64,000 nt of DNA from Eledone cirrhosa (lineage: Eukaryota). The notes beneath the pieces are model-generated. The model searched no databases. It was given only the letters and a program-made list of their open reading frames with translations, and was not told where the DNA came from. The stretch's first letter is position 1; every line of letters begins with the position of its first letter. Below, in pieces: positions 11,588-25,149 of the stretch. The position numbers and the translations under genes are program-made. The stretch lies in contig OZ024741.1 in NCBI GenBank assembly GCA_964016885.1, forward strand, positions 356,624,001-356,688,000. Reading direction: 5' to 3'.

Positions 11588-12428
11588 TATTTCTTTTATT
11601 TGCCACTAGGGCATCAAAAGTGGGACAAGTACAAAGGGGGGAGTTTACACAAAAAGGCGTCCTCAATAAGGAGGAGGCAATAACAAAATATAAAAATAAA
11701 ATAAGATATAACAAAAAATAAAATTTTTAACAAAATCCTCAATAGAGAGGAGGCGCCTTGGGGGGTCGCACACACCCCCGAAAAAAGTGTGCAACCCTTC
11801 TCCTCAGGAGCACAGAGAAGGGGTGCTCCCTTGGTCTTTCATCTTCCTCACCTATAGTCTGATGTAGAGTGAAGGCCCATTCACACGGGCCATTCTCGCC
11901 ACTTTCACCCATCTTTCATAGAAACGGCTGGGGTGCAGCACCTCTCTCTCCATCCTGATCCTTCTTCCGAAATGATATCGGAAGAAACGGACCAGTTGTT
12001 GGCCAGAGAGAAAGGTGCCCGACCTCAGTCCTTTCAGACGCGTCCACCATACAACCTCTTTCGCCATGGCTATTACGCACAGAAACACCGCCTCTGCTTC
12101 ATCTTTGAAGGGGGGAGGCGGCTTGATCATTACAATAGACTCGGTGGTCAACCGGATCGGTCCCACCCTTGACAGCAGTTGTTCGACATAGCCCCACAGA
12201 TCGGCTACGCCCGAGCAGTGTACTAATGCGTGTGCAACGGTTTCCTCGTCGCACACGCATCTGGGACAGATCTTTTTGGCGGGGTCCCTACCCGGGCGCC
12301 CGTGTCTGTAGAGCCTTTCTCGAACGGGTAAAGCCCCTCGGTAGCACTGCCAGGCCAGGGACTTCTGGAAGTTGTCCATAGGTCCCGGGCTGAATGTCCT
12401 ACCGAAAAGGCTGGCCAGTTCGTCCTCC
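11588..12428 (-). mobile_element. Second copy of the same Tx1-like element: 5'-truncated, with ORF2 stop and 3'UTR
   Basis: About 4 differences over about 460 bp shared with 7225-7684; ORF stop at 11852; 3'UTR ends AATAAAAGAAATA. Confidence 0.9.
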
Positions 12429-15400
12429 ATGGGATAAGTGGTAGAGTGTGGTAGAATAGATAGCGATGGGATAAGTGGTAGAGTGTGGTAGAATAGATAG
12501 AGATGGGATAGGTGGTAGAGTGTGATAGAATAGATAGAGATGGGATAAGTGGTAGAATAGATAGAGATGGGATAGGTGGTAGAGTGTGATAGAATAGATA
12601 GAGATGGGATAAGTGGTAGAGTGTGGTAGAATAGATAGAGATGGGATAGGTTGTAGAGTGTGGTAGAATAGATAGAGATGGGATAAGTGGTAGAGTGTGG
12701 TAGAATAGATAGAGATGGGATAGGTGGTAGAGTGTGGTAGAATAGATAGAGATGGGATAGGTGGTAGAGTTTGGTAGAATAGATAGAGATGGGATAAGTG
12801 GTAGAGTTTGGTAGAATAGATAGAAATGGGATAGGTGGTAGAGTGTGGTAGAATAGATAGAGATGGGATAAGTGATAGAGTGTGGTAGAATAGATAGAGA
12901 TGGGATAGGTGGCAGAGTGTGGTAGAATAGATAGAGATGGGATAGGTGGTAGAGTGTGGTAGAATAGATAGAGATGGGATAAGTGGTAGAGTGTGGTCGA
13001 ATAGATAGAGATGGGATGAGTGATAGAGTGTGGTAGAATAGATAGAGATGGGATAGGTGGTAGAGTTTGGTAGAATAGAGATGGGATAAGTGGTAGCGTG
13101 TGGTAGAATAGATAGAGATGGGATAAGTGATAGAGTGTGGTAGAATAGATAGAGGTGGGATAGGTTGTAGAGTGTGGTAGAATAGATAGAGATGGGATAA
13201 GTGGTAGAGTGTGATAGAATAGATAGAGATGGGATAAGTGGTAGAGTGTGGTAGAATAGATAGAGATGGGATAAGTGGTAGAGTGTGGTAGAATAGATAG
13301 AGATGGAATAGGTGGTAGCGTGTGATAGAATAGATAGAGCTGGGATAGGTGGTAGAGTGTGGTAGAATAGATAGCGATGGGATAAGTGGTAGAGTTTGGT
13401 AGAATAGATAGAGATGGGATAGGTGGTAGCGTGTGGTAGAATAGATAGAGATGGGATAGGTGGTAGAATAGATAGAGATGGGATAGGTGGTAGCGTGTGA
13501 TAGAATAGATAGAGATGGGATAGGTGGTAGAGTGTGGTAGAATAGATAGAGATGGGATAGGTGGTAGAATAGATAGAGATGGGATAGGTGGTAGCGTGTG
13601 ATAGAATAGATAGAGCTGGGATAGGTGGTAGAGTGTGGTAGAATAGATAGCGATGGGATAAGTGGTAGAGTTTGGTAGAATAGATAGAGATGGGATAGGT
13701 GGTAGCGTGTGGTAGAATAGATAGAGATGGGATAGGTGGTAGAATAGATAGAGATGGGATAGGTGGTAGCGTGTGATAGAATAGATAGAGATGGGATAGG
13801 TGGTAGAGTGTGGTAGAATAGATAGAGATGGGATAAGTGGTAGAGTGTGGTAGAATAGATAGAGATGGGATAGGTGGTAGCGTGTGGTAGAATAGATAGA
13901 GATGGGATAGGTGGTAGAGTGTGGTAGAATAGATAGAGATGGGATAAGTGGTAGAGTGTGGTAGAATAGATAGAGATGGGATAGGTGGTAGCGTGTGGTA
14001 GAATAGATAGAGATGGGATAAGTGGTAGAGTGTGGTAGAATAGATAGAGATGGGATAAGTGGTAGAGTGTGGTAGAATAGATAGAGATGGGATAAGTGGT
14101 AGAGTGTGGTAGAATAGATAGAGATGGAATAGGTGGTAGCGTGTGATAGAATAGATAGAGATGGGATAGGTGGTAGAGTGTGGTAGAATAGATAGAGATG
14201 GGATAAGTGGTAGAGTTTGGTAGAATAGATAGAGATGGGATAGGTGGTAGCGTGTGGTAGAATAGATAGAGATGGGATAGGTGGTAGAATAGATAGAGAT
14301 GGGAAAGGTGGTAGCGTGTGATAGAATAGATAGAGATGGGATAGGTGGTAGAGTGTGGTAGAATAGATAGAGATGGGATAGGTGGTAGAGTGTGGTAGAA
14401 TAGATAGAGATGGGATAAGTGGTAGAGTGTTGTAGAATAGATAGAGATGGGATAAGTGGTAGAGTGTGGTAGAATAGATAGAGATGGGATAAGTGGTAGT
14501 AGAGTGTGGTAGAATAGATAGAGATGGGATAAGTGGTAGAGTGTGGTAGAATAGATAGAGATGGGATAGGTGGTAGTGTGTGGTAGAATAGATAGAGATG
14601 GGATAGGTGGTAGAGTGTGGTAGAATAGATAGAGATGGGATAAGTGGTAGAGTGTGGTAGAATAGATAGAGATGGGATAGGTGGTAGCGTGTGATAGAAT
14701 AGATAAAGATGGGATAGGTGGTAGAGTGTGGTAGAATAGATAGCGATGGGATAAGTGGTAGAGTTTGGTAGAATAGATAGAGATGGGATAGGTGGTAGAA
14801 TAGATAGAGATGGGATAGGTGGTAGCGTGTGATAGAATAGATAGAGATGGGATAGGTGGTAGCATGTGATAGAATAGATAGAGATGGGATAGGTGGTAGA
14901 GTGTGGTAGAATAGATAGAGATGGGATAAGTGGTAGTAGAGTGTGGTAGAATAGATAGAGATGGGATAAGTGGTAGAGTGTGGTAGAATAGATAGAGATG
15001 GGATAGGTGGTAGCGTGTGGTAGAATAGATAGAGATGGGATAGGTGGTAGAGTGTGGTAGAATAGATAGAGATGGGATAAGTGGTAGAGTGTGGTAGAAT
15101 AGATAGAGATGGGATAGGTGGTAGCGTGTGGTAGAATAGATAGAGATGGGATAGGTGGTAGCGTGTGGTAGAATAGATAGAGATGGGATAGGTGGTAGAG
15201 TGTGGTAGAATAGATAGAGATGGGATAAGTGGTAGAGTGTGGTAGAATAGATAGAGATGGGATAAGTGGTAGAGTGTGGTAGAATAGATAGAGATGGGAT
15301 AAGTGGTAGAGTGTGGTAGAATAGATAGAGATGGGATAAGTGGTAGTAGAGTGTGGTAGAATAGATAGAGATGGGATAAGTGGTAGAGTGTGGTAGAATA

Positions 15401-18400
15401 GATAGAGATGGAATAGGTGGTAGCGTGTGATAGAATAGATAGAGATGGGATAGGTGGTAGAGTGTGGTAGAATAGATAGAGATGGGATAAGTGGTAGAGT
15501 TTGGTAGAATAGATAGAGATGGGATAGGTGGTAGCGTGTGGTAGAATAGATAGAGATGGGATAGGTGGTAGAATAGATAGAGATGGGAAAGGTGGTAGCG
15601 TGTGATAGAATAGATAGAGATGGGATAGGTGGTAGAGTGTGGTAGAATAGATAGAGATGGGATAGGTGGTAGAGTGTGGTAGAATAGATAGAGATGGGAT
15701 AAGTGGTAGAGTGTGGTAGAATAGATAGAGATGGGATAAGTGGTAGAGTGTGGTAGAATAGATAGAGATGGGATAAGTGGTAGTAGAGTGTGGTAGAATA
15801 GATAGAGATGGGATAAGTGGTAGAGTGTGGTAGAATAGATAGAGATGGGATAGGTGGTAGCGTGTGGTAGAATAGATAGAGATGGGATAGGTGGTAGAGT
15901 GTGGTAGAATAGATAGAGATGGGATAAGTGGTAGAGTGTGGTAGAATAGATAGAGATGGGATAGGTGGTAGCGTGTGATAGAATAGATAGAGATGGGATA
16001 GGTGGTAGAGTGTGGTAGAATAGATAGCGATGGGATAAGTGGTAGAGTTTGGTAGAATAGATAGAGATGGGATAGGTGGTAGCGTGTGGTAGAATAGATA
16101 GAGATGGGATAGGTGGTAGAATAGATAGAGATGGGATAGGTGGTAGCGTGTGATAGAATAGATAGAGATGGGATAGGTGGTAGAGTGTGGTAGAATAGAT
16201 AGAGATGGGATAAGTGGTAGTAGAGTGTGGTAGAATAGATAGAGATGGGATAAGTGGTAGAGTGTGGTAGAATAGATAGAGATGGGATAGGTGGTAGCGT
16301 GTGGTAGAATAGATAGAGATGGGATAGGTGGTAGAGTGTGGTAGAATAGATAGAGATGGGATAAGTGGTAGAGTGTGGTAGAATAGATAGAGATGGGATA
16401 GGTGGTAGCGTGTGGTAGAATAGATAGAGATGGGATAGGTGGTAGCGTGTGGTAGAATAGATAGAGATGGGATAGGTGGTAGAGTGTGGTAGAATAGATA
16501 GAGATGGGATAAGTGGTAGAGTGTGGTAGAATAGATAGAGATGGGATAAGTGGTAGAGTGTGGTAGAATAGATAGAGATGGGATAAGTGGTAGAGTGTGG
16601 TAGAATAGATAGAGATGGGATAAGTGGTAGTAGAGTGTGGTAGAATAGATAGAGATGGGATAAGTGGTAGAGTGTGGTAGAATAGATAGAGATGGGATAG
16701 GTGGTAGCGTGTGGTAGAATAGATAGAGATGGGATAAGTGGTAGAGTGTGGTAGAATAGATAGAGATGGGATAAGTGGTAGTAGAGTGTGGTAGAATAGA
16801 TAGAGATGGGATAAGTGGTAGAGTGTGGTAGAATAGATAGAGATGGGATAGGTGGTAGCGTGTGGTAGAATAGATAGAGATGGGATAAGTGGTAGAGTGT
16901 GGTAGAATAGATAGAGATGGGATAGGTGGTAGCGTGTGATAGAATAGATAGAGATGGGATAGGTGGTAGAGTGTGGTAGAATAGATAGAGATGGGATAGG
17001 TGGTAGAGTGTGGTAGAATAGATAGAGATGGGATAAGTGGTAGAGTGTGGTAGAATAGATAGAGATGGGATAGGTGGTAGCGTGTGATAGAATAGATAGA
17101 GATGGGATAGGTGGTAGAGTGTGGTAGAATAGATAGAGATGGGATAGGTGGTAGAGTGTGGTAGAATAGATAGAGATGGGATAAGTGGTAGAGTGTGGTA
17201 GAATAGATAGAGATGGGATAAGTGGTAGAATAGATAGAGATGGGATAAGTGGTAGTAGAGTGTGGTAGAATAGATAGAGATGGGATAAGTGGTAGAGTGT
17301 GGTAGAATAGATAGAGATGGGATAGGTGGTAGCGTGTGGTAGAATAGATAGAGATGGGATAGGTGGTAGAGTGTGGTAGAATAGATAGAGATGGGATAAG
17401 TGGTAGAGTGTGGTAGAATAGATAGAGATGGGATAGGTGGTAGCGTGTGATAGAATAGATAGAGATGGGATAGGTGGTAGAGTGTGGTAGAATAGATAGA
17501 GATGGGATAAGTGGTAGAGTTTGGTAGAATAGATAGAGATGGGATAGGTGGTAGCGTGTGGTAGAATAGATAGAGATGGGATAAGTGGTAGAGTGTGGTA
17601 GAATAGATAGAGATGGGATAGGTTGTAGAGTGTGGTAGAATAGATAGAGATGGGATAGGTGGTAGAGTGTGGTAGAATAGATAGAGATGGGATAGGTGGT
17701 AGCGTGTGATAGAATAGATAGAGATGGGATAGGTTGTAGAGTGTGATAGAATAGATAGAGATGGGATAGGTGGTAGAGTGTGGTAGAATAGATAGAGATG
17801 GGATAAGTGGTAGAGTGTGGTAGAATAGATAGAGATGGAATAGGTGGTAGCGTGTGATAGAATAGATAGAGATGGGATAAGTGGTAGAGTGTGATAGAAT
17901 AGATAGAGATGGGATAAGTGGTAGAATGTGGTAGAATAGATAGAGATGGGATAAGTGGTAGAGTGTGGTAGAATAGATAGAGATGTGATAGGTTGTAGAG
18001 TGTGGTAAAATAGATAGAGATGGGATAGGTGGTAGAGTGTGGTAGAATAGATAGAGATGGGATAAGTGGTAGAGTGTGGTAGAATAGATAGAGATGGGAT
18101 AAGTGGTAGAGTGTGGTAGAATAGATAGAGATGGGATAAGTGGTAGAGTGTGGTAGAATAGATAGAGATGTGATAGGTTGTAGAGTGTGGTAAAATAGAT
18201 AGAGATGGGATAGGTTGTAGAGTGTGGTAGAATAGATAGAGATGGGATAAGTGGTAGAGTGTGGTAGAATAGATAGAGATGGGATAAGTGGTAGAGTGTG
18301 GTAGAATAGATAGAGATGGGATAAGTGGTAGAGTGTGGTAGAATAGATAGAGATGGGATAGGTGGTAGCGTGTGATAGAATAGATAGAGATGGGATAGGT

Positions 18401-19283
18401 GGTAGAGTGTGGTAGAATAGGTAGAGATGGGATAAGTGGTAGAGTGTGGTAGAATAGATAGAGATGGGAGAGGTTGTAGAGTGTGGTAGAATAGATAGAG
18501 ATGGGATAAGTGGTAGAGTGTGGTAGAATAGATAGAGATGGGATAAGTGGTAGAGTGTCGTAGAATAGATAGAGATGGGATAAGTGGTAGATTGTGGTAG
18601 AATAGATAGAGGTGGGATAGGTGGTAGCGTGTGGTAGAATAGATAGAGATGGGATAGGTGGTAGCGTGTGGTAGAATAGATAGAGATGGGATAAGTGGTA
18701 GAGTGTGGTAGAATAGATAGAGATGGGAGAGGTTGTAGAGTGTGGTAGAATAGATAGAGATGGGATAAGTGGTAGAGTGTGGTAGAATAGATAGAGATGG
18801 GATAAGTGGTAGAGTGTGGTAGAATAGATAGAGGTGGGATAGGTTGTAGAGTGTGGTAGAATAGATAGAGGTGGGATAGGTGGTAGCGTGTGGTAGAATA
18901 GATAGAGATGGGATAGGTGGTAGCGTGTGGTAGAATAGATAGAGATGGGATAAGTGGTAGAGTGTGGTAGAATAGATAGAGATGGGAGAGGTTGTAGAGT
19001 GTGGTAGAATAGATAGAGATGGGATAAGTGGTAGAGTGTGGTAGAATAGATAGAGATGGGATAAGTGGTAGAGTGTGGTAGAATAGATAGAGGTGGGATA
19101 GGTTGTAGAGTGTGATAGAGTAGATAGAGGTGGGATAAGTGGTAGAGTGTGGTAGAATAGATAGAGATGGGATAGGTTGTAGAGTGTGATAGAGTAGATA
19201 GAGGTGGGATAGGTGGTGGAATAGATAGATATGTGGTAGAGTGCGGTAGAATAGATAGCTATATGGTAGAATAGATAGAGATA
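12429..19283. repeat. 37-bp satellite, block 3 (about 6.9 kb)
   Basis: Same monomer with 27-bp and 40-bp variants; degenerates at the right end. Confidence 0.97.
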
Positions 19284-20459
19284 TAAGAACTAAGAGACAA
19301 GCCTTGGAAAAGTGGAAGAAATGAAAGCAAAGAACATCAAATAACTAGATGAGAAAGTAGGGAAGTGAAATGAAAGAGATTTGCATATATGTATTCTGCA
19401 TTGTGATAAGAGGCATACAGTGTTCTGTGTGTGCAGCATAGCAGCAGCTCTCAATAACACTGAGCAGCAAGAAGCCATTGAAATGTTATTATGAGAAATT
19501 ATTGAATGGGGAGAATGCAGTAAGAGAATACTTACTCTAAGTAGAACCAATAATTTGTTAGCTATTCTGTTGAAGTTATGGAGGCCAGGAAATAACTGCT
19601 GGACCATTAAGGTTTGTCACTAAGTTGAATATATCTGGCAAAGTAGGCCAAGCACTAGCCACTCATAATACAATGAGCACTAAGTGCCATACCCAATGAT
19701 TGGTATAACAATATCATTGTCAATTGCTACAAGGGTTTAGAAGATGTAGCTACAGAGGCATTAAATTGATGTATCAGTTTATGAATGTTAGTGAAAGTGT
19801 TGTCATACAACTGATTAGGAAGAGTATTAGATTAGGTGCATTTTATCTTCTTGGTGAAACAACTACAAGAGAAGTACTAGGCTGGAAGTAAGCTACTCTA
19901 CCTAACATTTATCGAACTTGAGAAGGCCTTTGACAAAGTTACATAATCTGTGGTCTGGTGGTCATTAAGAAAATTAAGGGTAGACAAATTGCTTGAGAGA
20001 TCCATACAGACCATATTTAATGGTACCATCAGCAAAGCGAGAGTTAACAATGAGTTTAGCAAGGAATTTAGAGTACAGACTATTATACATCAGGGCTCAG
20101 TTAATTCTCATGACTAAGTCAATCAAAGATTTAGAGAGGACATTCGAAACTGTGATGCAAAACCTACAAAAGATGAGTAAAAAATAGAGTGTCAGGAGAA
20201 AAACCACTCATAGAAATATATTTATTTGTATGAGGAACAATACATGCAGTGTATTAGGTGTGGAAACATCTAATACACTTAAGGATTAAGGGAACATCAT
20301 ATAACCTGGAGCAGTACATGTAGTGTATAAGGTGTGGAAACAAACAGCCTAGAAAAACACCATAACCTGGAATAATTTATTTTATCAACCGCATAAGGAT
20401 GAAAGGCAAAGTTAACCTCGGCAGGATTTGAACTCAGAACGTAAAGGGCCGTAACTCTA

Positions 20460-23400
20460 TGTAACAAAGATGTAATAATAACACTGAATGTAATTCTGTG
20501 GTGACATAAAGAATTGTGTACTCCTCAAACCATCAGAGCTGTCAGATGTACTTCAAACCTGTTGAATAAAATTGTGTTGAAATAAAAATTTGTAATTTAC
20601 TGTTCCTTGTTCAATTACCTACGCATATAATTTAAGGAAATAAACAAGACACAACAATGACGCCATAGATAGGGCAAAGAAAATTTCTTGGCGACATAAA
20701 CAGTTGCTCAAAGATGACACAAGCTAGTTCAGGGACTTTATTAAGTGGAGGATAACCTACAAGGTGGTGGCCAAAGACCTATGACCATGAAATTCATTTA
20801 TTTGATCAGAATACAAGCATTAAAGATTATCCGAGTTATTAACAACCTGAAGAATATAATGAAGATGACTTATGCTGATCTCAAAAATTTGATTCTAAAT
20901 CATGTTGCTCCTTCAAAGAAACTGATATTGTTTGAAAAACTGATATTGGTTGAAAGAACACTGTTAAACAACCTAATGAGTCAATTTCTCAATTTCTTTC
21001 GAATCTTTGACACGCCAGTGAATACTCTGATTTTAAGAGCCTGGAAACATCTAAAAGGACAACAACTGAAAATGTCATATTGCCTCAGTTGTTGGTCTAA
21101 AAAGCAGTGAGGAAAGAGAAAAAAATTCTTCAAGCTAATGAAGTTAGCAAACTCAGTTTAGAAGCTACAGTACAATTTCTACAGCGTTCTTCACAAATAT
21201 CTGAATTTTGTAATGACAATGCAAAAGAAGGGGTTATTGCTTATTCCAATACAACTAAAAAATATAAAAGAAAGAATTTAAATGATAAATCATGTTACTG
21301 CTATTGAAAATCCTGGTCCATACAGCATAAAACAAATGCCCTGCCATTGAAGCTACTTGCAAAAACTGTGGCAAGAAAGGCCATTATGCAGAAGTTTGAA
21401 AAAGCAGCAGGAACCTTCACAAGGTAATTCGCCAAGATGGAATCATAACTCTTATCGGTCACACAGCTGAAGAACCATTTGAACCTGTCACTCTAAATGG
21501 TCACATTGTTGACATGATGCATGATACAGACGCACCCTGCAGCATTATCTCTTCTAAAGTGTCAAATGACATCTGCATGACTATAACAAAACAACACTCT
21601 TCGTACGAATCATATGATCGACATCGCATGGAATGCATTGGTGATACTTGTCTTACTGTTAAGCGAGGAAGTCAACAATTTCTCCATACTTTCAAAGTAA
21701 TTAAAAGCTGCCAAAAATATAGTCTTCTAGGTCGCAATCTCCTGAATGCTGAAACAGTTTCCAGTGTTGAATCATTTCTTCCGACAATTGAAAGAGTGCA
21801 AGCTTCTGTTAAATTAATAGCTAGTGCCTCTGATAAATTCTGTGCTGTCTGAAGCATGCCTATTACGGTCAAGGAAGATGTAGCAAAGGAGTTGGCTGCA
21901 GTAGTAGCCAAAGGTGTAATTAAGAAATGCCCTCCTGGTGGCATAGTAAATACTTCTCCAGTTATGTGGGTTAGAAAGAAAAATGGACGACTTGGTGTGT
22001 CTTGACCCCAAAGTTTACCTGAATGAAAAGATATGCACTGAAGCCTATCCTTTGCAACAAATGGAAACCATTTTTCAGGAAGCTTAGTGGTGCAAGATTC
22101 TTCACTAAGATTGACTTAACTGATGCATATTAGCAGGTCAAACTTGATTAAAACAGTCAGAAGCTCTGTGCCATCAATACTACAAGAAGAGTCTACCTGG
22201 TTAAACGATTACAGATGGGGATGACTGCAATTTTTCAGCATGCTATGGAGAATATCGTGCTCAAAGAACTAAAGAATTTCATCACATACCAATCGTTTTT
22301 ACTAAGACAGAAGAGAGCCTGACTAAACATTTAAATGCATCCTTGGAAGATTACGTGAGAAGCAAGTCAGCATCAACAGCAAGAAGTGTGTTCAAAAGAG
22401 TATAAGCATCACATGTGATATTGGCAGAAGGCAGAAGGTATTAAACTTGATAAAGGTCTTATCGACAGAATCATGGCATTAAATCAGCCTAAGAACACTG
22501 AAGAACTGCGATCCTTTCTTGGACTAATCAAATACTTCAGGTGATTCATTTCAAATTTCAGAGAGAAAACAATAAACATTCAGTGGACAGACAAATGCCA
22601 ACATGAGTTTGAGAATATTAATGATGAGCTATGCAAAGAACCAGTGTTGAAGCCATTTGATCCAAAACTACTTACCAAGCTGACAATGGATGCCTCAATG
22701 AACAGCATTGTGGCAATCCTTTCACAAAATGGTCACTCTGTTCTACATGTATCAAGAAAATTGATGTCTACTGAATCTAACTGGTCAAATTTTGAACATG
22801 AAGCATTTGCCATTGTAGGGGTCGTTACCCCTCTCAAACAATTCCTGCTAGATAAAAAGTTCAAGCTCAACATGGATCACAGACCTTTGATGTATATCTT
22901 CCACCCCAAAAAGCAGTTCCCTACTAATGCTTCTGCTAGAATCAGGTGATGGGCTATTCAATTGATAGCATTTAATTTTGAAATATTGCATATCTCTGGC
23001 TCTAAAATTTCTCATGTTGACGCAATGTTAAGATTGCCAATGTCAGATGAGGAAATAGTCTTTGCAGTTGAACGAGTGAATGACATTCTATTTGGAGCCA
23101 TGTACATCCATTGTGTGAAAAGAATTACAAAATACGATAGACATATTCAACAAATCCAGCGCACGGTCATATCTGGAAAATGGATATTGTGAAACAAGTG
23201 CAACCTCCCTTTCAAACGTGTTTGTGATCAACTAACAATAGAAGACAGAATTCTATATCGGTGAATGAGAATGTTTGTTCATTATCAACTATGCAACAGT
23301 GTGCTTTGTGACAGTCATAATACAGATTTTGGGTATTCAACAAATACTTAGTAAGATTTCTCTTGAGTTCTGGTGGCCAAACATGTCTCAAGATGGAACT

Positions 23401-23930
23401 ACTTTCATTTTTAATTGTTGTCAACAAATTCAAATTCCAAGAGACGACCCAACAGTGGCATGGAAAAAGGATGGCCCATCAGAGCGTATTCATATGGACT
23501 GGGCTTTCGTGAGCCATGTTGGTAATTTACTCATTGTCGTTGATTCTTATTTCAACTATATCGATGCCATTCCTTGCATGCCACACAAAAAAGAAAACAT
23601 ACAAAACTGCTTGTTGCATCTTTTCAGTCTTTTTGGACTGATAAAAGTTGTTGTATCAGACAATGCTCCCGAATTTACAGTATTGAAAGTATTGGTTATC
23701 GATCCTTGACATAAAGTACATATACACACCTACTTACCATCCGTGGTCAAATGGACAAGCCAAGCAAGTTGTTCAAACCATCAAGTGTGCCTTATTTGTA
23801 TGGAATCATATCTTTGGTGATTGGTATCCATAACTCTAGTGAATTCTACTCAATCATCGATCTTCATCAGGTGGGAAAGCTGCTTTACCTGGGGAAAAGT
23901 TGCTCGGAAGACCATTTCACACCAACTGCA
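20460..23930 (+). mobile_element. Decayed Ty3/Gypsy LTR retrotransposon (Mag-like), no 3' LTR seen
   Basis: Candidate LTR starting TGT at 20460 inside a SINE; PBS-like TGGCGAC at 20688; CCHC remnant CKNCGKKGH (~21360); protease MMHDTDA; RT KIDLTDAY; RNase H MDAS..DHRPL; integrase RIHMDW, VSDNAPEF, SNGQA; many frameshifts. Confidence 0.85.
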
Positions 23931-23959
23931 ATCCACTATTCGTACCATTTACTAACGCC

Positions 23960-24600
23960 TGGTACCTCAAGTGGTCAGACTTCTCATTTCATCCTATATC
24001 TTTCTTAGTCCCCTTCTTCCACAGGTTCCAACCACTTTAATTGGCATCCTCTATGTATATGCATCATATATCCACACCAGGGATCTCCTCTCTCTTGCAC
24101 ACAACATCCTCTTATATTCAGCTTTTCTATATACTCATTTGTATTTCATCACTGATGCACACTAACATTCCACATTGAGCGAAGCATGCATATTTCATTA
24201 CTTTCTAACTGTCATAAATTGATGACCCACATCTCACTACCATGCAGCATTGCAGTTCCTATTCAGCCATCATACAATCTACTCTTTATTTTGAGAGAGA
24301 AATTCTTTGTAGCCAGCTTTGTAACATCTTACTGAACTTTTTCCTCTAGTCTCAATCTGGTTATGTATTCAATATATCCACCTCCATTGCTAATTAGGTA
24401 ACCTATGTAGCAAAAGCTATCAACTACTTTTAATGAGCCTTCTGAGCATTTGGAAGTTGTTTTGTATATGCCTACTACTGACTATTCTGGTGCATTTGTC
24501 ACAGATGAAATCTACCTTTTTTGTCAGCCTACTTGTGATCCTACACCACCTCCTGTGCTTTCATTGTACACACTGAATACATTTTATGGAATTTCTACAA
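23960..24600 (-). mobile_element. Decayed RTE 3' fragment
   Basis: KNFSLKIKSRLYDG..AMLHGSEMW, homologous to the C-terminus of the 44978-48064 element. Confidence 0.7.
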
Positions 24601-25149
24601 AGTTACTTACATGTTAATTTCATAAGCAGGTTGCTCCATTGATCAAACAACTGAAACACTCATCGTTGAAACCAACAAAAATCAAGTCAAGAGTGACCAC
24701 ACTCAAGCAAATTGTGTGGCTAGGATGCTGCAAGTGTAGGGGAAGTCTTGCTGGAAGCAAGCAAGGGGCCAGTTGTGTCACATCAGAAGTACTGGTTGTC
24801 TCTCTCTCTCTCAGTCCATAGACAGCATTGAGTGTGGATGTCCTTTTAATGACTAGTGTGTGAGATTTGCTATGTTCTCTGGCCAGACACAAAACGGGTA
24901 AATATCATGCAGGTAGATTCAGTTCAGACATACTTCTGCAACACAAATTAATGTAGCTTTTATCAGGACTGAGGCTACATAATTCAAGTCTTGAGTTTCT
25001 GAGTTTGGATTTGAATGACCTTGAAAAATCTGTTGCAGTTTTTTTGTATTTTTTTTTGTAGTGTTTGTTTGTTGGTTTGATCTGAGGAGAAAGGACAGTA
25101 CCTATGAACTTTAACAGGGCCTCTGAGACTAGTGTGAGGAAGTTATCTT

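Larger units (their letters stand above)
5520..20190 (+). mobile_element. Decayed RTE LINE split by SINEs, the satellite and the Tx1 copies
   Basis: Collinear remnants: INVGMMESRSREIAEMLE (~5530), KVIEIFRVCDRIIKLRL (~5850), ARQKMT (~6690), then the satellite, then IRTKRQA (19283), IPNDWYNNIIVNCYKG (~19690), YLTFIELEKAFDKV (~19900). Confidence 0.8.

Noticed and set aside
10152-14865. 520-aa and 880-aa minus-strand ORFs
   Set aside because: They are translations of the satellite, whose nearly G-free minus strand cannot form stop codons; no independent coding evidence
6703-19283. CRISPR-like look of a 37-bp repeat
   Set aside because: Units are head-to-tail with no unique spacers, there are no cas genes, and the context is eukaryotic
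20745-23930. Domesticated gag/integrase gene
   Set aside because: Numerous stops and frameshifts and a damaged protease motif indicate neutral decay
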